From Blasia pusilla (lineage: Eukaryota): a stretch of DNA of 64,000 bases. This document shows, piece by piece, positions 24,756-34,749 of the stretch. The notes below the pieces were generated by a model, which ran no database searches, was not told where the DNA came from, and was given only the letters and a program-made list of their open reading frames with translations. A program made the translations under genes and the position numbers. Numbering within the stretch: the first letter of the stretch is position 1; each line of letters begins with the position of its first letter. The DNA lies in assembly GCA_050084515.1 (NCBI GenBank), contig CM114271.1, forward strand, positions 9,796,001-9,860,000, in the 5' to 3' direction.

Positions 24756-27322
24756 ATGTTAGGATTATAAAGAAGTTCTCTAGGGTTAAGCGAAGTTCTT
24801 TGGGGATGTGTTGCACATTATGTCACCATACTGAGAGTAGACCAATGGCCAAGGTACTCTTTCTTGTTGCTGACATTGTTTCCAATGTGATTCTTTACAG
24901 ATGGACCACTCCTATGTTCACTGCTTTGTTCGGCCTGAGCACAACTTCCAGGTGTTTAAGATCCTGGATCCTGTGGATCCATGCTCCAATGGGTACAGCT
25001 TAGATAGTTTATACAATTCCCCCCCGAGAATTTACATGCAAGACGGTACCCCCTTACTTGGAGGAAGGGAAAAGTCGCCAGCCCTAATGCAAACGCTCAT
25101 CGAGCTCTGCTCAAGGCCGGGTGACTTGGTGTTCGACTTAGTGGGCCTTTCAGGGGCGAGTATCAGAGGCGCCTGGCAGAGTGGCAGGAACATTCTCTGC
25201 CTTGAGGGAAGGCAGCAACTTTTTGACCTTTGCAAGGAGGCAAAGGCAAATTACGACAGGCTAATTGGGGCGTACAACTCTCCTCCGAAGCCGAGAGCTC
25301 CGGTTCTAGACCCACCATTGGTAGTGACACCATCGTCACTTCCCATGATTTTGAAAATCGGGAGGTCAAGGCCGATAGTAATCTTGGAAGAGCTCTCGGA
25401 TGATGACGAGTGAGTTCAAAGAACTCAAGGACCCAACTTGACTGCAGCGTTTGGAGTAGGGATTTATTTGATGACGAGGCAAAAGATTTCATATAATAGA
25501 TCAAATGTATAGTTCCGAGCTTCTTTCGGATGTAGTAAAGGACAAGATTTTTTCGAACGATGATGGTGTTTGTAAAAGTTTGTTGAATATCTTTTTTGGT
25601 CTTGTCGAATGTGATCGTCTATGTACTCCGAGGACTTCTATTTTGCAAACCGTCGGATTTCCACGGCTTGCAACTTTTCACCTTTTTAACCACTTCCAAG
25701 CAACCTGCTGGATTCCGACAGGTTGGCTACATGAGTGATCAGACTCTTTCGGACTCTTTAGAGACATTTTTGGCGGGCTTCTTCACTTTGGCTCCTTCCC
25801 CTAGTATGGTCAAACAAGGCGTAGGCTTCTTCTCTTCTCTCAGACGTGTTAGATTCCTACTACCTGTGGGATTGCCATTTCTATTTCCAAGGACGGAGCA
25901 CATATTGATACTGGATGGATGTCACATTGCAGAGCGTACAAGATATACTGCCGAGGAAGGCGGTGGGACTCAAATCAAGTTACATGCGACCGTTATGGTG
26001 TACCTAGGGGGGGGGCCAAGGCTCTCGAATTCGCCAACATTTTCGATCCCCGTCTACAATCGGCCAGAGGAGCCACTTATATCCTAGGACATTCCTTTTG
26101 TACAGGAACCTAGGAGAGTTAGGAGTAGATTTGTAGATGACGAGGCTGAAGAAATCATAGACTAGATCAAATGTACATTTCCGAGATTCCTTCGGATGTA
26201 ATATAGGATGAGATTTTTTCAACCGATAATGGTATTTGTAAAAGTTTGCTGAATATTTTTTTTGGACTTGTGGATTGTGTTTTTCTAGCTACTCAGAATT
26301 ACAATTTTGCAACCCGTATGATTCCGACGGGTTGCAACTTTTCCCTTTTTGACCACTGCAACTTTTTAACCATTTTTAGGCAAGTTGTCGGATTCCGACA
26401 GGTTGGCTGCTTGAGTGATTGGACTCTTTCCCTGTGAGACCAACTTCTGAGGCATTGTGGCCGACTTCTTCACTTTTGGCTCGTTCCCCTAGATTCGTCA
26501 AACCAATTGTAGGCTTCTTTTCTTGTCTAAGATGTGCAGGATTCCTACTACATGTCAGATTGCCATTTCGGATTCCCAACCTGTTGGATTTTTGTGGGTT
26601 TAGGGTGGAATGGAATCACTTCTTAAAATCTTTCCTTTCTTATGGTGAGTTTGCTTGCAAAGGGTGCAAGCCATCTGATTCCGACGGGTTGTAAGAGTTG
26701 CAACCTCTAAAATTCCGACGAGTTGGGAGGGGTGCAGCTTCTCGGTTTCTCAGATTTAGGATCTGAATGAGGGGACATCAGTTCCTCTTTACTCCAGACA
26801 CCTAACAATCTTTTGGTTCAATTATCGTCTCATGTGTTCACATTTCACAACGTTGGTCTTGAGCAGATACCATTCATAACCAATAGAAAATTGGTTATGA
26901 GGCTATTCAGGGAAGGCCATGATGCAGGCAACAATCCCTGCAAAAAGAGAGGTTGGCATCGTATTGATGCGCATCCGGGTGGTCCTCCAAAAAAAATACC
27001 CATGGGCATTACTTATTGTAGACCGAGACAAACAATGTTAAAAAACTTACGCTCACATGGAGAGTGATGGAAAAATGTTTGTAGTGGTCTTATGATGTCT
27101 ACTTTTTTTCGCCCCCTGGAAAAAGGAGGTTTCTTTAGGCCCGAATGTGGACCACTATCTACTCTCTTCTAAAGATTTCATGAATTTGAAAGCAAACAAA
27201 AATTTCAAATATGTCAAAAAATTTTGAAGAGAGGAGGCGGATTTGGCCCTTTTTTTTTAAGAGAGACTCTCCTCTCTTCCTCTCTTCCTCTCTCCTGCCA
27301 GAATACCAGCCCCCAGGAAATT

Positions 27323-28096
27323 CCCCGTGTTATTAGAGACATGCATTCGGTCGATTCCGGAGGACACTATGCCGTTAAGAACATATTCAAGAAGATCTTG
27401 GCGGCACATTACTGGTGGCCAACCATGTATAGGGATGTAGGCAAATTTATTCAGAGCTGTGATGCATGTTAAAGAGCAACAAGACCAACTGCTACCTCTC
27501 ACTGGCCTTTGGTGCCAATCCTACCCTTAGCTCCTTTTGAGAAATGGGGCATTGATTTTCTGGGCCATATTTCTCTGGCTACTCGCCAAACAAGGCAGAA
27601 ATATATTCTTATAGCCACCGACTACTATACTAAGATAGTCAAGGCTGTCACAACACGCAAAGACAATAATGAGGCGGTGGCCCAATTCTTATATGAAATG
27701 ATTATCACCATGTATGGCTGCTCGTTGGAGTTTGTAAGTGATCGTGGAACTCACTTCCTAAACAAGACTATTGAGTCGTTGACTTCCCACTTTTTAATCA
27801 AACATCGAAAGAAAACACCGTACAATCCTAAAGCCAATGGGCTAATAGAGAAGTCTCATGGACTTATTTGCCGGATACTGAATCGCTTGACGGCCCTCAC
27901 ACACACACACACACCACGTTAGAGGTGTCCCAACGGCATTGTGGGCCTACTGGACAGCGGAGAAGGTTACCACCAAGTATATCCTTTTTTACTTTACGTA
28001 TGGAGTGCAACCCTTGACTCCCATTGAATGGGATTTGCCCACTTATCACATTTTGGAGGAGAACAGAGGAGGACGTTGCGGGGCTTCTCTAGGGGA
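27323..28096 (+). pseudogene. Gypsy integrase (Zn finger and core)
   Basis: MHSVDSGGHYA...YWWPTMYRDV...CDAC; PFEKWGIDF; SDRGTHF; PYNPKANGLIE. Confidence 0.93.
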
Positions 28097-28101
28097 GGAA
28101 T

Positions 28102-28415
28102 TGTGGAAAATTGCTAAATAAGCATAACTGGTGGAAAACGGCTCTCACACACACACACACCACCATGGAGAACAAATTTGCAATTAGAGAATGAGTGGAG
28201 GCTGGTCCTCTTCTCAATTATATAGGATATGTACAAGCAACCCTAACCCTACCCTTAACCATAGTCTTGAGTCAGACTAATTGTGATTAACTAAACCCAA
28301 GTTAAGATAATCGTGCTTAATTGACTAACCAAGATTAAGCTTCCCTACTTCATGTAAGTACCAAATGTTGTAGTTCAAGTGTCTCATGAGCTTGACTGTA
28401 ACTCAATCTTCAATA
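28102..28415 (-). repeat. Copia 3' LTR
   Basis: ~314 bp, highly similar to 34057-34366; adjacent to PPT. Confidence 0.93.
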
Positions 28416-28596
28416 CTCCCCCTCAAGCTCATATCGATATCTCTAATGTCTAAATCCTTTCTTAACATCTCAAACTTATCTCTAGACAATGCCTTAAAAA
28501 AGATGTCAGCAATTTGTTGATCTGTACCTATATACACAAGATCAATTTCTCCTACAAGCACTTTCTCTCTGATAAAATGATAGTGCACCTCGACAT

Positions 28597-28705
28597 GCTT
28601 TGTACGAACATGAAACACAGGGTTATTAGCAAGCTTTGTACGAGCATGAAACACACGGTTATTAGCAAGCTTTGTACAAGCATGAAACACAGGGTTATTA
28701 GGGTT
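28597..28705. repeat. 36-bp tandem triplication within copia RNase H
   Basis: TGTAC(G/A)A(A/G)CATGAAACACA(G/C)GGTTATTAGCAAGCTT x ~3, giving (NNxVFHxxTK)3. Confidence 0.85.
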
Positions 28706-31700
28706 ATTGATGCTACTAATATTGTCTACATATATTACACTAGGTCCAATTTACTAACACCAATCTCAACAAGTAATCGATGAAGCCACACCGTCTCACA
28801 TGCTGCATTGGTTGCTCCTCGTACTCAACCTCTGTTGAAGATAAAGCAACTGTAGGTTGCTTCTTTGAAGCCCAACTTATAGTTGCGCTTCCCAAAGTAG
28901 ATGAATAACCAGATGTGGAGTGTCGATCAGACTCGCTTCCTGCCCAATCAAAATTTGTGAATCCCTATAATTGAAAACTTGGAGAAGGTTCAAATTGATG
29001 CCCGAATTGAATAGAGAATTTCACATACCGCATAATCCTCCTCACAGCATCAAGGTGACATTTTCAAGGTGCTTGCATAAACTAGCTCACTAGGCCAACA
29101 ACATAGCTTAAATCTGGTCTGGTTATAGTTAGATAGATCAAACTTCCAACCATGCGCCTGTACATATTAGAATCTGCAAGCAGCTCTCCTTCATCCACTC
29201 TTAGCTTCACGCTCTGGTCCAACGGTGAAGAGATTGGCTTATAAGCCGTCATACCATGTTTTGAAAGCATATGAAGAGTATATTGTCGTTGTAGTAACCA
29301 CATGCTATCTCCGACCTTGATAAACTCAATACCAAGGAAGTACTTGAGTTCTCCCAAGTCCTTCATATCAAATTCTGCTTGTAACTTAAGTTGGATCATT
29401 TCTTTAGTACTCCCAGTAATCAAGAGATCATCAACATACAATACAATGAGGAGTGTATGATCTTATCCTCTCAAGACATATAACGAGGAGTCAGAATCAC
29501 ATACTCTAAAACCCAACTCTTGTAGGACGTATGTAATCTTGCCATACCAAGCTCGTGGAGCTTGTTAAAGCACGTATAGAGCTTTCTTCAACCTGCATAC
29601 GCGAAATGGAAACTTGGGCTACTTTTATCCATGTGGTTGAGTCATTTATACCTCCTTGTATAGATCTCCATTCAAGAAGACATTCTTGACATCCATGTGA
29701 TGTAATCTCCACTTCTTACTTACTGCAACTGCAACCACTGTTCTCGTAGTTGTCATCTTTGCAACACGGCTAAATATTTCCTCATAATCGATACCATATT
29801 TTTGTGCATAGCCCTTAGCGACCAATCTCGCTTTTTATTTTTTTAATTGTACCATCTTGATTGCGTTTGATTTTGTAAACCTATTTGCAACCAATAGCTT
29901 CCTTACCGGAAGGTATATCAACCATCTCCCATGTTTGTTGATGTCTTAATGCAGCAAGCTCTTCCTCCATAGCTTCAATCCATTCAGCTTTACTTGCAGC
30001 TTCTTCAAAACAACTCGGCTCCTGCTCTTGAAAGATAGTCATCATATATGCAAGAAAACCTCCATTTATGAATCTATGAACTGGATGTGTAACTCTACTT
30101 GATCTACGAAGTTGTTGTTCAAAGGTAGATGCTCTGACTAGTGTCAACATACTGAATATGTACTCTTCCCGTCCATGGACTCACTGATTTAACTGATGAA
30201 TCTATGACCTCTCGTAATCCTGCACTAATACTTGGGAAAGTTGAAGACAATGTCTATTGGTTTATAGTCATATTCTCCCCCTCAACAAACAAGTTTAGAG
30301 GTGGAATAGGCTCAGATGGAGCATACCATAACTTTAGCTCATCAAAGACAACATCCTGACTAATAATAAGATGCCTAGAGCATGGAATATAGCACTTATA
30401 TCCCTTAGTTCTATCAGCATAGCCAATGAAGATACATCTTTTAGACTTGGTGTCTAATTTCTGACGTCTCTTAGAAGGAACCTGAGCGTAACATATACAG
30501 CCAAATACTTTCAAGAAGGAAAAATCAGGTTTACTTCCTATGAAGACTTCGAATGGAGTTTTATTATGAACTCTTGGTGTTGGAGTTTGGTTGATTAAGA
30601 AGAGTGCACATGCTGCAGCCTCTGCCCAATACACCTTAGGCATGTTCTTCTCATTGAATATAGCTCGTGCCGCTTCAATAACATGTCGATTTTTCCTCTT
30701 AGCCACTCTATTTTGTTGTGGAGTGTAAAGACAAGTCACTTGACGTAAATAGTCATCAAACTATGTTGAAAGATACTCTCCTCCTCCATCACAACGCAAT
30801 TTCAGAATGTGTTGTCCAGTGTGCTTCTCTACTAGAACTTTGAATGTTTGGAACCCTGAGAATACCTGTGACTTGGCTTTCATAAAGTATACCAATATAT
30901 ACCTAGAGAAGTCATCAATAAATGAAACAAAGTATTGGCAACCACTAAGGCTATGTTGTGATGTTGTCCACACATCACTGTGGATCAACTCCAATATCTT
31001 GGATGCCATTCTACCTTGCTTTGGAAAAGGAAATCTAGCTTGTTTTCCAAATTGGCAAGCATGACATACCTCTAACGTAGCAAGAGTCGCTAATTTAGGG
31101 AGTCTTATTACTATATTAGATGATGAAAGATTGTATAATCTTTGAAGATTCATATGTTCAATTCTTTTATGCCACACATTTAGATCTATGACTTGTTGGC
31201 CGATTTAACCATACATTGTTGTTTGAATCTCTAGCATAGAAACATCTAATCTCAACATTCTGCCTGATCTAGTTCGTTTGGCAATTGTAGTCTGGTCATC
31301 CATTATTTCAATGAAACAACCATCTGCGTTAAACTTCACTTGATAAACCTATTCTACTATATGTCCTATAGAGATCGGATTTCTTGCAATCGTAGGAACA
31401 TAGAGAACATTTCCAATAGCACAAAGATCATCAGATGCTATTGGAACTTTACCACTATGCGTGATATGATGTTGAGTGTCATCTCCTGTGAGTACAAGTG
31501 TAGGATCTTCCACTTGCTCCAAACTACTGAACCATTTAGCTTGTGAGGTCATGTGATTTGATGCACCAGAGTCAATGTACCGATATGTTGTCGAGTCTTT
31601 CTTGACCATTGCTCCCATATGATGAGTCATGACCAAGAGATGCTCCGTTTGTGAAGCAAAACTTTGCATAGTGATCCTTTATCCCACAGTAATTGTAAGA

Positions 31701-32240
31701 TCTAGGGACCCTCTGCTGTTCACCTCGACCCCAACGGTTTCCACCATCACCACCTTGTGATTGTGTCAAGTATTGGTTTGTAGTTGATTGAGTGACGTTA
31801 TATTGAGTGCCTCTTCCTCCATATGCTTGATATCCACCACAACCATGGAAGTTTTTGCCATAACCCTTGCCTCTGTTTGATCCATAACTTGCAAATAGTG
31901 CACTTTCTTGCAGACTAGACGAGTTACCGTTGCCTACTAGGCCCATCTCTTCACTGATCAATAGAGGAACTAACTCTTAAAAGGTTGGATATTTCTCTCT
32001 CACAAAGATAGAGGTCTTAAAGGACTTGTAATCGTTTGAAAGGCCTTGAGGAGTGAATAAAATCATATCATTATCTTCTATTGTCACTCCAATGCTATTC
32101 AACTGATTAACAATATATTTGATACTCAAAATATAATCATTGATGCTCTGCAATCCTTTCCTCACTTTGTTCAATTGTTGTTTCAATTGAAGCTTTTTGA
32201 CCTTTGTAGATGTCTGGAACAGCTTTTCCAATGCATCCCA

Positions 32241-33269
32241 TGTCGTGCGCCTACTCTCCTTGAACGTTAACCTTGTTTGTTGCAGAAGCGTACGTTGAGT
32301 AGGTCATGCTCTCAACGATGATCTGCATCCAAACACGCACTTCAGTTAGTCGGGTCTTGGATCAATCAGCGGGATTACTTTACGAGTTCTCGTCTCGGAC
32401 TCTCATCAAGCTCAACCTTCCTAGTTTCGCGGTTTACAACATCGGCAAATCTTGAAAGACTTGGGACAGACTTCTGGTCGGTTTAGGAACCTGAAACGAC
32501 GTTTCGCGCCTAGCGGTTCCAACTATCCGATGGACATCCAATGAGTTCCTCACCAAGACTCGCACGAAGTGAATCTCGGGTTGGAATCCAAGTGTGGCGT
32601 ACAAAGTCCACTCCCTTGGATCAGGTTTGGGTTTCGGGTTTCCGCGCCAAACTCCCGTTCCATCCGTGCCTTTGAAACGCCGTTTGGCGCCCAAAGTGGG
32701 GATTCATTTCCCGAGATATTTCGGAGAGGGTCCTCCCTTACTAGTACTTCTGGGGATCTCCAAGGGCCCCCTATATTTAGGGAAAGACACACGGGCCTCT
32801 CCAATTGGCCCTCAACCCGATTGCTCTCTCAATCGTTTTTGGCCAATATCTCAGCCTATACTTATGCGTTTGCTGAGATCTTTGGTGCGTTGGAAGCGTC
32901 TTAAGATCATCTTTCCAACACGCCCTTATTTGTCCCAAATGCATCTCGGAGCTCAACGTTATGGTCCTAAACATAGTCAGATTCTCCCAAACGCTAGTCG
33001 TGTTCCAAACTGGTTCTCACCTCTTTGGCAACCAACCTCCCAAGACTCAACTCATCTCAAGTCTTGGCTCACGTTTGGTCTAGGTTTCCTGGTTGCGACC
33101 ACTAACGCATGAAACACACAACTCTGTTCCGCGTTTCGTCTCTTAGACTTTTCCAAGAGACTTATCCAAACGCCTCTCCAAAGCGCAAGCCTCGCAGCGT
33201 GAGTTCCTTTGAGTTCTGATGTTTCGCTTGGCACCTATTTGGTGTTGTTTGGTTATGAGGGTCGCGACA
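32241..33269. mobile_element. Solo LTR (1029 bp) inserted in copia gag
   Basis: TGTCG...CGACA termini and 5-bp TSD TCCCA (32236-32240, 33270-33274). Removal restores gag PKEAWD-ALEKLF. Confidence 0.88.
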
Positions 33270-34056
33270 TCCCAGGCCTCCTTCGGAAGATCAACATCTG
33301 GGATGTGACCTTTCATTGGAAACTGATCGTTATTGAAATGTAGTGGATTACTTGCCTTGCGCATTTGTTCCAAGCGCGAACATTCAAGTCTGTTGAGTCA
33401 CCTTCTGGCTTGGCCTCATCACCTATGATGAGCTCCCATAGTTCTTGACCCATGAGAAATTGTTTCATGCAAAACTTCCAGACATTGTAATTATGCTTGT
33501 CTAGCTTCTCGCATGTGATTGCTGTTGAGGAATATTCCATGATAAACGATTTCACTCATAAAAATGTAATTTTAGGTTTTCTACTACTCCAATTGAAGCA
33601 TAGACCACACCTACATAGAATTCGACCTGAAATTTGCTAAAATTGATCAACTGTATGAAGGAACTAGTCAAAATTGGCCTGTACAGAGCAAAGTGCATCA
33701 CTTTTCTTCACTAATTGCACTTTCCTACACCAAGATTGATACTACATGAGCTCATAGTGTCAGAATCAAGCAATTTTGGATGCGTTGGAAAGATCTCGAC
33801 GAGCTCTATAAGACAGCTAGAACAAGCCTTTGGTATTTTTCCAACCAAAGCGGACCCAGACGGCTGAATCAACCGGAAAAGCCCTAAAAAATGCCTCCAA
33901 AGTTTTATCACCGTCAAAGCTCCACCTGAAATCTGCACCCATTGAGCTCTGAATAAAATTTCCTTCTCCTAAACTTGAATTGTGCCTTCTCTTGCCTCTC
34001 TTATCTCTTCAAACACCAAGAATTTCAAGTGATTTTCTCTTCCCGCTCTGATACCA

Positions 34057-34366
34057 TGTGGAAAACTGCTAAATAAGCATAACTGGCAGAAAACGGCTCT
34101 CACACACACACCACCATGGAGAACAAAATTTGCAATGAGAGAATGAGTGGAGGCTAGTCCTCTTCTCAATTATATAGGATATGTACAAGAAAACCTAACC
34201 CTACCCTTAACCATAGTCTTGAGTCAGACAAACTAGGATTAACTAACCCTAGTTAAGATAATCGTGCTTAATTGACTAACAAAGATTAAGCTTTCCTACT
34301 TCGTGTGAGTACCAAATGTAGCAGTTCAGGTGTCTCATGAGCTTGACTGTAACTCAATCTTCAATA
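34057..34366 (-). repeat. Copia 5' LTR
   Basis: Adjacent to PBS; matches 28102-28415. Confidence 0.93.
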
Positions 34367-34371
34367 GGAAT

Positions 34372-34690
34372 GAGGCCTTAGTGGCTTTGGAGGAAGCATG
34401 GGTCTTAGCCCTCCGTCAAACCAAACTTGTACAAGACGAACAGAAACAACGATACGATTGACATTTACGCCCGCAATCTATAACCATCGAGGACCTGGTG
34501 TTGCTGTATGATAACCGCCGGTTGAAGTTCCCCGGGAAGTTAAAGTTGAACTAGATGGGACCCTACCATATATTAGCAATATATGAGAATGGATCATTGC
34601 AGTTGGAAACCTTGAACGGAGAAGCGCTACCCACTAGCGTCAATGGCATGCATGTTCAAGGGTATCATCAGTCGCAACCCTACCCTGACT
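34372..34690 (+). pseudogene. Gypsy integrase C-terminus (GPY/F module)
   Basis: DLVLLYDNRRLKFPGKLKLN*MGPYHI...ENGSLQLETLNG...VNG. Confidence 0.85.
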
Positions 34691-34749
34691 AAAATTTGAA
34701 GGGGGGCATTTTATAACAAAGCACTTCGCGTTATCACGAGGAACCAAGT

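Larger units (their letters stand above)
20808..25413 (+). pseudogene. Cargo gene: ParB/Srx-like N-terminal domain + helical/low-complexity linker + beta-class N6A/N4C DNA methyltransferase-like domain (~1100 aa, at least 4 exons)
   Basis: Exons ~20808-21220, 21290-21714, 22355-24397, 24901-25413. The donor at 21715 is mutated to ATAAGT but is GTAAGT in copy D. Motifs YFFMWDGNHRFMAW; DLFVASLPLG; AYLSDRGCFL; MDHSYVHCFVR; EKSPALMQTLIELCSRPGDLVFDLVGLSGASIRGAWQSGRNILCLE. First exon limits and start codon are uncertain. Confidence 0.75.
15330..27314. mobile_element. Copy C: full-length ~12-kb Mutator-like (MULE) DNA transposon with ParB/MTase cargo gene
   Basis: Flanked by direct repeat AGGAAATT (15322-15329 and 27315-27322). 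Removing it restores the gypsy frame GTA GAG GAA ATT CCC CGT GTT. Contains a MULE transposase (-) and a cargo gene (+). Confidence 0.9.
28403..33555 (-). pseudogene. Copia gag-pol polyprotein (gag, PR, IN, RT, RNase H)
   Basis: NYNVWKFCMK (gag), YIDSGASNHM (PR), LELIHSDV/FIDDFSRY/TPQQN (IN), YVDDLLITG (RT), RTKHVEVHYHFIRE (RH); many stops and frameshifts. Confidence 0.95.
28102..34366 (-). mobile_element. Ty1/copia LTR retrotransposon inserted in the gypsy integrase
   Basis: LTRs 28102-28415 and 34057-34366; TSD GGAAT (28097-28101, 34367-34371); PBS TGGTATCAGAGC (initiator Met tRNA; rc at 34045-34056); PPT rc CTCCCCCTCAAG at 28416. Confidence 0.95.

Noticed and set aside
20808-25413. Bacterial or phage contamination as the source of the ParB/MTase gene
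   Set aside because: The gene has GT-AG introns and sits in a TSD-bounded element nested in a plant-type gypsy pol.
32434-33234. ORFs of 65-172 aa
   Set aside because: They lie within the solo LTR and show no protein motifs.
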